64,000 nt of DNA from Bryobacterales bacterium (GTDB lineage Bacteria > Acidobacteriota > Terriglobia > Bryobacterales > Bryobacteraceae). This document shows positions 42,452-51,422 of this stretch, one piece after another. The stretch's first letter is position 1; each line of letters opens with the position of its first letter. Location of the stretch: the NCBI GenBank assembly GCA_038206015.1, contig JBBRBI010000026.1, positions 1 through 64,000 of the forward strand, written 5' to 3'. Position numbers and translations under genes: made by a program. Below the pieces are notes generated by a model. It ran no database searches. It was not told where the DNA came from and saw nothing but the letters and a program-made list of their open reading frames with translations.

Positions 42452-43540
42452 TTACTTCATCAGGATCGTCTCCGTGTGCCCGGCCGCCTTCAGCTTGGCG
42501 ACTCGCGCAAACGCGGCCTGCGCTTCCGTCTTTCGACCCAGGGCCTGCAGAGCCCGACCGAGTTGATATTGCACTGCGGCCTCGTCTGGTGCGCGCGCGG
42601 CCGCCCGCTCAAGCAGCGGCAACGCCGCCGGGGAATGGCCCAAAGCGAGTTCGGCTTTACCCAGGTAGTAAAGGGTTCCCCATAAGTCTGGCCGCGCCTC
42701 CCTGACTTGGCTCAGCATCGTAGCGCCTTCCGCGTACTGACCCTCCTGAACCAACAAAGCCCCTCGAAAATAGCGGGCTTCGACCGAGTCGCCTGCCCGG
42801 CGAAGCTGTTCGAGGGCACCCACAGTGTTACGCAGGCTGATGAGGGTCTTGCCGGTCTCGAGTGCCAAGCCAGGTAAGGAGGGGTCTGCGGTGGCGGCCT
42901 TTTGGAAGCTCTCCAGTGCGCGCTCGAACATTGCCGAGTCATACCAGACCCGCCCCTCGAGATAGTGGGCCTGGGCCGCCGGCAATGCCGCGAAAAGCTG
43001 AGTGAGGACAGCTTGGGCGCGAGGAAGCTCCTTCTGCTTCACGTAGGCAAGAGCCAAAAAATGGTAGACCCCCGGCGAGACGTTCGGGCCTCCGGATAAC
43101 TGCTCCAGGCCGACCACAGCCAAATCTGTTTCGCCACTTTGCAACTGGCAAATGGCTAACAGCTCCTGCGCCTGCGTTTGCCGCGGCGACGGCAACTTCG
43201 CCAGTTGGGCGAACAGCGGCTTGGCCTCCGCGTATTGGTCGAGCTTCAGATACGCAAGTCCGAGATTCAGCTGCAAGCCCGGATCCTGGGGAGCGAGCTT
43301 TAAAGCCCGCCGGTAAATGTCAATGGCCTTCTGCGGTCGATTCTGACGACCGTAGAGGACACCGAGATTACCCAGCGCCCCCAGGTTATTCGCTTCGCGC
43401 CGCAGTACTTCGCCGAAGCCGCGCTCGGCCTCGGCATAGCGTGCAGCCTGTAGATCGGCAGCGGCGCCGACAAAAATCATTTCCGTAGAAACAGTTTGGC
43501 CCTGGCAGAAGACCAGGGCCAAACTGAACAGTAAGTACAC
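42452..43540 (-). CDS. Exported tetratricopeptide repeat protein
   Basis: Repeated NLG/YLG TPR helices; GTG start 4 nt after the receptor stop. Confidence 0.85.
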   Translation of the reverse strand: MYLLFSLALVFCQGQTVSTEMIFVGAAADLQAARYAEAERGFGEVLRREANNLGALGNLGVLYGRQNRPQKAIDIYRRALKLAPQDPGLQLNLGLAYLKLDQYAEAKPLFAQLAKLPSPRQTQAQELLAICQLQSGETDLAVVGLEQLSGGPNVSPGVYHFLALAYVKQKELPRAQAVLTQLFAALPAAQAHYLEGRVWYDSAMFERALESFQKAATADPSLPGLALETGKTLISLRNTVGALEQLRRAGDSVEARYFRGALLVQEGQYAEGATMLSQVREARPDLWGTLYYLGKAELALGHSPAALPLLERAAARAPDEAAVQYQLGRALQALGRKTEAQAAFARVAKLKAAGHTETILMK

Positions 43541-43544
43541 GCTC

Positions 43545-46500
43545 TTAGAATAGAACCTTGATGCCAAGCTGAATCGTCCGCGGATCACGTGTCGAGTTCA
43601 CCTGGCCAAAGGTGCCGCGCGTCGCAGCTGTGGGCGAGCTATTGGGGTTCGGCACATTTAAGCCTGTGTTTATGCCAGCCCATTGCGTGTGGTTGAACGT
43701 GTTGAAGGTCTCGAAGCGCAGTTGCACGTTCACGCGCTCATAGAAAGTCGTCGTCTTGATCATCGAGATATCCCATTGGTTGATGCTGGGTCCGCGGATG
43801 ATCGCTTCGGCGGTGTTGCCCAAGCTCCCTTCGAGCGGCCGTGCGAAGGCGAAAATGTTGAAGTAATCAAGTTCGCTCTTGTTGGGATTGGTGACGTCGC
43901 CGCCCACGTAGTTGGCGCGCGGGCCGCCACCCAGAGTGCCCGGGTTGCCGTTCGACGTAATCGTCAGCGGCGTGCCGCCCCAGAAGCGCGCAATTCCGTT
44001 CACCTGCCAGCCGTTGGCGACGGCCTTGGCAAAGGCGTTGGTCTTGGCGAATTTAGGAAATTCATAAATAAAGTCTATTGTCACGGTTTGCTTGCGATCA
44101 AAGTTGAGTAGCGAATACTCACGCTTACGGTCGAAGGTGTAAGCCAGGCTGTTGGTATCGCCCTCATTTACGCCCTGCGCCTTGGCCCAAGTGTAATTGA
44201 AGTTACCGGTGAAGCTACTGGCGAACCGGCGCGTTACCCGGCCTTGCAGGCCATTGTAATTTGACGTCGAACCGAACTCCGTAAAGTTCACGTTCGAGTA
44301 CCCGAGGTATGGGCGCAACGCATTCGAGACGCCATTCACGCCCGTCAGGACACCCGGCTGCAGCGTCGTGCCGAGCGGCAGTTGGTTCAGGTCCCGTCGA
44401 TATTGTAAGAAGCGGCCGCGGTTGCCAATGTAACTCAAATCAAGCGAAGTTTTCTGGCCTAGCTCGCGCTGAATGCCGAAGCTCCAGGAGTAGACGGTCG
44501 GAATCTGACCCTTTGAGTCGATCGCGATGATACCCACCGGAGCGCGCCGCCCGCCGGCGATCAGACCCGTGTTGATCTGGTCCACCTTGCCTGAATAAAC
44601 CGTCGGCTGGAAGGTCAGTGGCGGGTTGCCCAAGCCGTCGAAGTTATTCGCGTTCTGGCGGATGCGCTCGTAGAAGATGCCACCGCCGCCGCGGATGGAA
44701 GTCTTGCCGTCGCCGAAGGGATCGTAGGCGAAACCGAAGCGTGGGCCAAAGTTACCTTTGCGATGCTCCACGCCACCCAGCGGCAGCGCACCCTTGCCCT
44801 CTTCGATCATGCCGTTAAAGGGATTGCCCGAGTTCGGCACGATGGTGCCAATCGTTAGGCCCGGGCCCTGGTCAATCCGTACCGCCTCGGAGCCTTTGTA
44901 TGCGCGCGGGTCAAAGTAGTTTTGGAGATACTTGCCGTAGGTGTAAGTGGGTCCCATGTAAGCCCAGCGCAGGCCGAACTCCAGGGTCAACTTGCGGTTG
45001 ACTCGCCAGCTGTCTTGCGCGTAGGCTTCAATGCCGTAAAACCGGAACGACCCGTAGAAACGGCCGTTGGCCTGGTTTACCGAAGTATAATTACCCAGCA
45101 ACATATTGGCGAAGGTGTTGCCTGTGGAGAGCGGGTTATCGGCAGAATCGCCGAAGTTGAAGTTCATGGCGTCGGTCCAGCTGGGCTGCTGGCCGTTCAG
45201 GTTCATATTCCAAAAGCCACCAAACTTCAGGGTATGCTTACCAATATTCTTGGTCACGTTATCAGTGAGCGTAAATTGCTTGGCTTCCGAGAGCCAGCCA
45301 GCGGCGAAGCCAGGATAGTTACAACTGCCAATGCCGCAGTTGAAGCGAGGGAAACGGCTGCGCAGGTTCGCTTCCGGGAAGAACTCTGGAAAGGTGAAGC
45401 CGAGTGAGGTGCGATCGTAGAGCGCTTTATTGGCACCCTCCTGAACGTCCACTAGCTGGGTGAGCCGGTTATAACTGAATATCACTTCGTTGGTGGTGCT
45501 CGGCGAGATCACGTTGACTAGGTTGTAGCTCCAGGAACTGCCCGGCTTGCGCCGAAACTGCGGGAACACAGGATACGGAGTCGAAGCGAAAATGCCAAGG
45601 CCCTGTTCTTCGTGGTTGGCGTCGTCCGCCCAGCGGAAGAAGAAATTGGCGCGGTCGGAGATCGTATAGTCCAAGCGGAGCACCTTGGCTTCTTTATTGA
45701 ACCGATACGTGTCCTGGAAGAACGAGCGCACCGTTTCCGGCACATTAGGCGTGCCGCTTAATCCAGCGTAGTTGGCACCGCCGATCACCTTCAGGAAGGC
45801 CGACGCGTTGCGCGACCATTCGCTTCGGGGAACGATATTGCCAGGATACGGGTTACCGCCGATGATGCGGCCGCCAGCTTCCCGAACCAGCGAGCCGGGC
45901 TGGAACACCTGTCCGATGCGAAAGCCAGTGTCGACGCCACCGGCGGTGCTGATGTTGCCGGCGCGATAGAGACGCGACAAGTCTCCGGTCAAGACATCGG
46001 GATGAGGTAGGTCGACAAAACTGCCGCCACTGGGGCGCGTGGCCAGGGTTTTTTCGTAATTGAAGAAGAAGAAGAGCTTCGGCTCCTTCCTCGACGAAAT
46101 TTTCGGGACCATCAACGGGCCGCCAATGTTGGCACCGAATTGGTTGAAGCGTAGCTTCTGTGTTATGCCCGTCCGGTCAAAAGGTTGGCGTGCGTCGAAC
46201 GCATTGTTGCGGATGAACTCATACATCGTGCCGTGGTATTTCTTTCCACCCGACTTAGTGTTCACCGAAATCATAATGCCGGGGTTACGGCCATACTCGG
46301 CGTTGAACGTAGATGTCTGCACCTTAAACTCGCCGACCGCGTCCAGCGAGATCTGCGTATACTGGCCATCATTGGCACCAACGTCGGTATTGATCGCCCC
46401 GTCCAAAAAGACATTGTTATTCGAGCCGCGCAGGCCGTTCACGTTGAAGGCATCGGTGTTGTTAAAGGCGAGCCGGAAATCCGTACGGTCGTTCGAAACG

Positions 46501-46973
46501 ACGCCTGGTAGCGTGCGCATTAAGGACTGGAAGTCGCGCCCGTTCAGCGACAGGTCAGTGACCTGTTTGTTGGTGAGTGTGAAGCTCTTGTTGGCCGTCG
46601 TCGTTTCTACGAGCGGCACCTCGGCCTCTACTGTAACCGCGTCGGTGGTGGAACCAATTTCAAGGGTCACATTCCCCAGGTTCATATTCTGGTTCTGGTC
46701 AAGCTGCAGCGCTGTGCTGGTGCGGGTCTTGAAGCCCGCCATTTGAATCTTGAGGTCATAGAGCCCGGGTTGGATGTTAGCCACTTGAAAGCTGCCATCG
46801 GTGCCGGTAATTACTTCGCGCGCAATCACGCTCTTTCGTTGATCCGTGGCGGTAACTTTGGCACCTTTAATTGACGCGCCGGATGGGTCAAGAAGGACGC
46901 CTTGAATGGTGCTGGTTTGGGAAAAGAGCGGTATGGCACAAAGTACCAATACCCCCATAAGCATTCGTATCAT
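43545..46973 (-). CDS. TonB-dependent receptor (Oar-like, carboxypeptidase-regulatory N-domain)
   Basis: Signal peptide; NVNGLR, AEYGR, TKSG, YAQDSW, PRFGFAY, C-terminal IQLGIKVLF. Confidence 0.92.
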   Translation of the reverse strand: MIRMLMGVLVLCAIPLFSQTSTIQGVLLDPSGASIKGAKVTATDQRKSVIAREVITGTDGSFQVANIQPGLYDLKIQMAGFKTRTSTALQLDQNQNMNLGNVTLEIGSTTDAVTVEAEVPLVETTTANKSFTLTNKQVTDLSLNGRDFQSLMRTLPGVVSNDRTDFRLAFNNTDAFNVNGLRGSNNNVFLDGAINTDVGANDGQYTQISLDAVGEFKVQTSTFNAEYGRNPGIMISVNTKSGGKKYHGTMYEFIRNNAFDARQPFDRTGITQKLRFNQFGANIGGPLMVPKISSRKEPKLFFFFNYEKTLATRPSGGSFVDLPHPDVLTGDLSRLYRAGNISTAGGVDTGFRIGQVFQPGSLVREAGGRIIGGNPYPGNIVPRSEWSRNASAFLKVIGGANYAGLSGTPNVPETVRSFFQDTYRFNKEAKVLRLDYTISDRANFFFRWADDANHEEQGLGIFASTPYPVFPQFRRKPGSSWSYNLVNVISPSTTNEVIFSYNRLTQLVDVQEGANKALYDRTSLGFTFPEFFPEANLRSRFPRFNCGIGSCNYPGFAAGWLSEAKQFTLTDNVTKNIGKHTLKFGGFWNMNLNGQQPSWTDAMNFNFGDSADNPLSTGNTFANMLLGNYTSVNQANGRFYGSFRFYGIEAYAQDSWRVNRKLTLEFGLRWAYMGPTYTYGKYLQNYFDPRAYKGSEAVRIDQGPGLTIGTIVPNSGNPFNGMIEEGKGALPLGGVEHRKGNFGPRFGFAYDPFGDGKTSIRGGGGIFYERIRQNANNFDGLGNPPLTFQPTVYSGKVDQINTGLIAGGRRAPVGIIAIDSKGQIPTVYSWSFGIQRELGQKTSLDLSYIGNRGRFLQYRRDLNQLPLGTTLQPGVLTGVNGVSNALRPYLGYSNVNFTEFGSTSNYNGLQGRVTRRFASSFTGNFNYTWAKAQGVNEGDTNSLAYTFDRKREYSLLNFDRKQTVTIDFIYEFPKFAKTNAFAKAVANGWQVNGIARFWGGTPLTITSNGNPGTLGGGPRANYVGGDVTNPNKSELDYFNIFAFARPLEGSLGNTAEAIIRGPSINQWDISMIKTTTFYERVNVQLRFETFNTFNHTQWAGINTGLNVPNPNSSPTAATRGTFGQVNSTRDPRTIQLGIKVLF

Positions 46974-47195
46974 GAGGCAAACTCTATCACAGATGCGATG
47001 TCGGTATCGGCATGGGGGCGCACCCTCCAGCGCTATGTCAAGTTATGGTTTGCGATGCCATCTCGAACCGGCCTCGATGCAAACGTCGGACCGCGACCAT
47101 TTCGTGTCGGATCCGGTCCTCGCTTAGGCATGAAATTTAAGCGTGACCTTTCGGGCGAGTTGCTTTGCCACAACCGTGCCCTTCCCTCATCGAGG

Positions 47196-47348
47196 CAAGG
47201 CCCTTTGCGGGAGATGCGGATGAGAGGGAAAGGCCTCAGTATTGTCGTGGTCCGCGCTCTCGTTAAAAGAACCCAAAAGACGCCAAAACGTGAGGTCGAT
47301 CTTGCGCCACAACGAGCCGAAGAGGCACGAGACCAATCAAACGAATAA
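47196..47348 (+). pseudogene. Remnant of a RelE/Gp49-like (DUF891) toxin
   Basis: QGPLREMRMRGK..VVVRALVKRTQKTPKREVDLA matches the Gp49 C-terminus; N-terminus and an internal segment are missing. Confidence 0.65.
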
Positions 47349-47668
47349 CATAACCGCTGATGATCTGTTCATGACGTGGATGAAGAATCCAGATTACCGC
47401 CGCGAACACGACGCTTTGGATGAGGAATTCTCTCTGGCGGCTGCCCTCATGGAAGCCCGTGCTGCCACCGGTCTTACTCGAGGGCAAGTGGCGAACCGCA
47501 TGAAAACCACCCAACCCGTGGTGGCCCGGCTGGAAGGCGGCGGGAGCAAGCCGTCTACGCGCACCCTTGGAGAAATACGCGGAGGCGACTGGTAACCGGC
47601 TGAGGATCAGTTTTGAGCCTGTGGGTACGCCTCAACCCCCGGAGCCAATCGCGGGCGTCGATCACTAA
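47341..47668 (+). pseudogene. Frameshifted HTH (HigA-like) antitoxin
   Basis: ALDEEFSLAAALMEAR..TTQPVVARLEGG..PSTRTL; removing one extra base at about 47569 restores EKYAEATGNRLRISFEP. Confidence 0.75.
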
Positions 47669-47705
47669 AAAGTTTTGCCCATCATGCGAATGAAATCTTT
47701 AGAAA

Positions 47706-48210
47706 TCACATGCTGTCTACTTGGCCGCCAATGACGCTGCCATATTCGGCTGGCAGAATACCTAGGACAAGTTGTACCTCCTGGATGGCGTTGATTCTCA
47801 TCGCGTCAATGTAATTTCGGCCTCCATCCTGGGCCAGACTCAGCTATTCCGGATTCGAATTGGCGTCAGTCCCGCCTACACTGCTCCCGATTCCACTTGC
47901 GCCGATGCTGTGAAATCGCGGGCTACGACCGCTGCCGAAATCGTATCTGGCCAAAAGTTGGAGAATGTTACTTACAATGCGGAGTCCCAGCGGGAGTTCC
48001 GACACTCGTCGCTGTGTTGATGAATGGCGCGGCGGCCTCAACGTTGACTGACTCCGCGACAGACCCAATCTCCAGCTAGAACGAATGCCCTACGGATTGG
48101 GCCACGTCGAGTTCCAGGCCATTCAGTTCGTGACGCTTGAACCCAGGTGCCTCCACGCGGACGGAATACGCCCCGACGCCCAAGAAATCGAATGCAATTT
48201 CGCCGAAGAG
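47706..48210 (-). pseudogene. Degraded N-terminal fragment of a TonB-dependent receptor
   Basis: GEIAFDFLGVGAYSVRVEAPGFKR..F*LEIG..ELPL..GTDANSNPE*..AIQEV..PAEYGSVIGGQV aligns to the N-terminus of 48265..51339; stops at 48076 and 47844 plus a frameshift. Confidence 0.8.
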
Positions 48211-48264
48211 GAGCGAGGTCAAAGACACAGGGCTAGTAATTGATCTCATGAGACTTCGTGTTAC

Positions 48265-51200
48265 TTACCAGCTCAATCTGGCGTTGAGCTGAATAACCCT
48301 GGCACCAGCCGTACTTAGTAACTGTCCGAAGAAAGCGTCGTTGAGGCTCGTGCGCAGCCCGGTTAGATTCGTATGGTTCAAGGAGTTGAACATGTCCGCG
48401 CGGATCTGGATTTTCATAGTCTCTGTAAGCGGCACGCTCTTGCCAAAGGAGAGGTCTAGATTCACCGATCCAGGGGCGCGAAGGGCACCGTTGCCCAAAT
48501 TGCCTGGACGAATCGGAGCACGGGACACAGCGCCCAGGGGAATCAAAGCGAATGCTGACCGATTTAGATACTGAAGGGTCTTCCTGTAATCGTCTAGGTA
48601 CGCATTTCCGCCAACGTAGTCCGGTCGATTGATTTGCAGCGCGCCAGTCTGCGAAAGCGTCACAGGCTCACCGGTTCGGGCCTGCAGAATGCCGGAGATC
48701 TGCCATCCGCCCAGCACGGACTTACCGAGACGGCCCTGCTTGAATAATTGCGGCACCTCGTACACCCACTCGGCGTTGAAGTAACTCTTGATGTCACCGG
48801 TATTCGGTCCGCGGTCGGCACGCGGATAGAGGAATTCCTGCGTCCGGGCATCGCCGTCACCCTGATAATAGGCTCCGATGTCGCCGCCCGCAGTCGATAG
48901 GCCCTTGCCCCAGGTGTAGTTCACGCTGCCGCTTAGCCCGTGGGAAAAGCGCTTACGCAGAGAGGTCTGCCACGACGTATATACGGACTGCTGCGTGTTA
49001 TCGACATAGTAATTAACGTTGAGCAGAGGGTTCGGCCGGAGGCCGGTCACCCGATCCGGTTGATTGGCCCAGCGGTGCATCAGGAACTTGACCCCGCGCG
49101 TTCCTACGAATGCTGTTTCAATTGCCAAGGTGTTGGTCAGGGCGCGTTGAAAACCTAGGTTGAAGTGCATGCTGTACGGATTCTGCAGCTGCGGATTGTA
49201 AATGGAGAAGACATTCGTTAGTCCGCGGACGGCCGTATCTTTCTCAAGTGCGGCCGCGATGTCATCCGAGTAAGATCCCCACTTCAGCCCTAGCCGCTGC
49301 GAGTCTGCGCGGCTGAAGCGAATGCGAAACGGCAAGTTCGGCCCTGGTTGTACTGCGGCTTGGAGGGCACCAGTGACTTGGCTGCTGAACAGGATACCGA
49401 ACCCGCCGCGGATGGCCATCTTTCCGTTGCTCTTGGGGTCGTAGCTAAAGCCTACGCGCGGCCCAAGATTCACCCAACGATCTGCCTCGACAGGGTTGTT
49501 TCGATCACGGAGTTTACCAACGTCAAAGGTCACCGGATTCAACAAGCCATCCGGATTATAGAGCCCACTATCCTTAGCGCTGTCCTTTCCCTTGGGCACG
49601 AAGTTACCGAAGGAGTCATAGCGCAGGCCAATGTTCAGCGTTAGGTTCGAACGAATGCGCCAGTCGTCCTGGGCAAAGAATCCGAGGCTTTTCTGCACCC
49701 CGCGGAAGTCGCCATTCCCGAAAACCGGAGCAACCTCGGTGGGAATATTGGCGATCAGGTCTGCGCGGCTAGTGAAGCTAATCACCGGCGCCTCCGGATT
49801 TGTTTTTTGGCAGCAGTCGCTGCGGTAGCCGAAGCCGAATTTCAAGCCATGCTTTCCGCGCTGGAGAGCGATCTTTTCGTCGAAGTTGATGGTGCGGCCT
49901 TCGAGCAAGTAATATTCGTGATCCGGAGAATTCCAACCGAGATTCGTGGAGATTCGGGCCACCCTGCGGCCGAAAGGACGGACTTCAGTTTTGTTGATAG
50001 GATCTTTTTGTTCAAAAAAGAACCGGTCAAATCGGCCCGTGTCGGCGAGGTTGTAACCGAAGCGACTCTCGGAAGTCCAAGTCGCTCCCCCAGTCGTGTA
50101 GGCCACCGTACCGCGCTCGTTCCAAACCCGAAAATCGCGGTCGTTAGAGCCATTGATATAGCTGCGCGGTACGAGTTGATACGGACGACCGCGGCTGTAA
50201 GAAAAGGCGAAGTTGCTCATCTTCCCAAGGCGCAGATCGGTCCGGACGTCCACGTGATTGTCGTTGCGGATGGAAGTTGCTGCAGACCGGTATAGCCCAA
50301 CATCGGCGGTGGCGGAATAAGGTTCAGTGGGCAGCGGAATGAAATCGAGCAGCAGCTTAAAGGATGGGACGCCCGCCAGCATATCGGCGCGGAGGCGTGG
50401 CGTAGGTACGTTGTCCTGAACGACGGAAAAAGCCCGATCCCGGTACCCCTCGTAGACTCCAAAGACGAATAGCTTGTGCTTGATAATGGCCCCGCCTACG
50501 GAGCCGCCAAACTGGTTGAACGTCGAGCCGGGTTTGCTAGCTAGGCGCTGATTTCGGGCGTTTAATTCCTCTGCTTGAAAATTCTCAAAAAGACTGCCGT
50601 GCCATTTATTGGTTCCAGAGCGGCTGAGGAGATTCACCTGTCCGCCGACTATATTGCCGTATTCCGCTGGCGGCACGCCCTTCACCGTATCCACCTCTTG
50701 GATCGCTTCGATACTCATGATGTCGATCAGATTGGGCCTGCCGAAGCCGGAGGAAGCACGACCTTCGGGATTCCCTCCCGCGTCGGTCCCATCAACCGAG
50801 AAGGCGACGCCATTCTTGCCGACGCCGTTCATACGAATACTGTCACCGGTCGAGACGACTCCTGTTCCGAGGCTAAGCAGATTAGAAAAATTGCGGCGGG
50901 CGAGCGGCAGTTCGCGGATCTGGGTCGCACCAAAAGTATTGATCTGTTCCGAAGACACGGTATTGATCAGCGGGACGTTGGCATCCACGCTGATGGTTTC
51001 CGTGGCCGCGCCGATTTCCAGCGCCAGCGTGTTGCGAACCTGCTGTCCGGCGGTGAGTTCCAACCCGCTCGCTTCCTGGCGCTTGAATCCCTTGGCTTCC
51101 ACGCGGATCGTATAGCTGCCGACTCGGAGGAACGGGAAGACGGCCTCCCCCGCAGAATCGGAAACTTTTTCGCTCGTGGCCCCTGTGCCGCTATGGGTAA

Positions 51201-51339
51201 GGGTGATCGTGGCGGCGGGGACGACAGCTCCCGAAGAGTCCGTGACCGTTGCGTAATAGGTTGCTGTGGTTACCTGAGCCGACATGGAACCTGCGCCGTA
51301 GCACAGGGCGAGCATCGCGTTGCAGATGATGAATTTCAT
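48265..51339 (-). CDS. TonB-dependent receptor (Oar-like)
   Basis: Signal peptide; PAEYG, RSGTN, FAQDDW, PRVGFSY, C-terminal QLNARLSW; SD GGGAG. Confidence 0.92.
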   Translation of the reverse strand: MKFIICNAMLALCYGAGSMSAQVTTATYYATVTDSSGAVVPAATITLTHSGTGATSEKVSDSAGEAVFPFLRVGSYTIRVEAKGFKRQEASGLELTAGQQVRNTLALEIGAATETISVDANVPLINTVSSEQINTFGATQIRELPLARRNFSNLLSLGTGVVSTGDSIRMNGVGKNGVAFSVDGTDAGGNPEGRASSGFGRPNLIDIMSIEAIQEVDTVKGVPPAEYGNIVGGQVNLLSRSGTNKWHGSLFENFQAEELNARNQRLASKPGSTFNQFGGSVGGAIIKHKLFVFGVYEGYRDRAFSVVQDNVPTPRLRADMLAGVPSFKLLLDFIPLPTEPYSATADVGLYRSAATSIRNDNHVDVRTDLRLGKMSNFAFSYSRGRPYQLVPRSYINGSNDRDFRVWNERGTVAYTTGGATWTSESRFGYNLADTGRFDRFFFEQKDPINKTEVRPFGRRVARISTNLGWNSPDHEYYLLEGRTINFDEKIALQRGKHGLKFGFGYRSDCCQKTNPEAPVISFTSRADLIANIPTEVAPVFGNGDFRGVQKSLGFFAQDDWRIRSNLTLNIGLRYDSFGNFVPKGKDSAKDSGLYNPDGLLNPVTFDVGKLRDRNNPVEADRWVNLGPRVGFSYDPKSNGKMAIRGGFGILFSSQVTGALQAAVQPGPNLPFRIRFSRADSQRLGLKWGSYSDDIAAALEKDTAVRGLTNVFSIYNPQLQNPYSMHFNLGFQRALTNTLAIETAFVGTRGVKFLMHRWANQPDRVTGLRPNPLLNVNYYVDNTQQSVYTSWQTSLRKRFSHGLSGSVNYTWGKGLSTAGGDIGAYYQGDGDARTQEFLYPRADRGPNTGDIKSYFNAEWVYEVPQLFKQGRLGKSVLGGWQISGILQARTGEPVTLSQTGALQINRPDYVGGNAYLDDYRKTLQYLNRSAFALIPLGAVSRAPIRPGNLGNGALRAPGSVNLDLSFGKSVPLTETMKIQIRADMFNSLNHTNLTGLRTSLNDAFFGQLLSTAGARVIQLNARLSW

Positions 51340-51365
51340 TGGACTCCCTCGATAAGACTTCAGTC

Positions 51366-51421
51366 ATCTTATGCGTCGCATCATAACGGAGCAAGCATGG
51401 AACGGTTCCGAACCGTTCCAT
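51366..51421 (-). promoter_or_regulatory. Putative activator site A plus sigma70-type promoter of the receptor gene
   Basis: GAACGGTTC-G-GAACCGTTC (inside a perfect palindrome 51397-51421), then TTGCTC-N17-TAAGAT. Confidence 0.65.
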
Positions 51422-51422
51422 A

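Noticed and set aside
47120-47185. Minus-strand GGCAAA...CGAAAG...ACGC...GCCTAAG resembling a c-di-GMP-I riboswitch
   Set aside because: The GAAA hairpin has only about two base pairs, the other helices could not be built, and the downstream gene appears leaderless
51397-51421. Palindrome as a Rho-independent terminator or LexA box
   Set aside because: One-nt loop and no U-tract. GTTC spacing is N6 at sites A and C rather than the N7 of the acidobacterial/alphaproteobacterial LexA box, and it sits upstream of the -35. LexA is not fully excluded for site B
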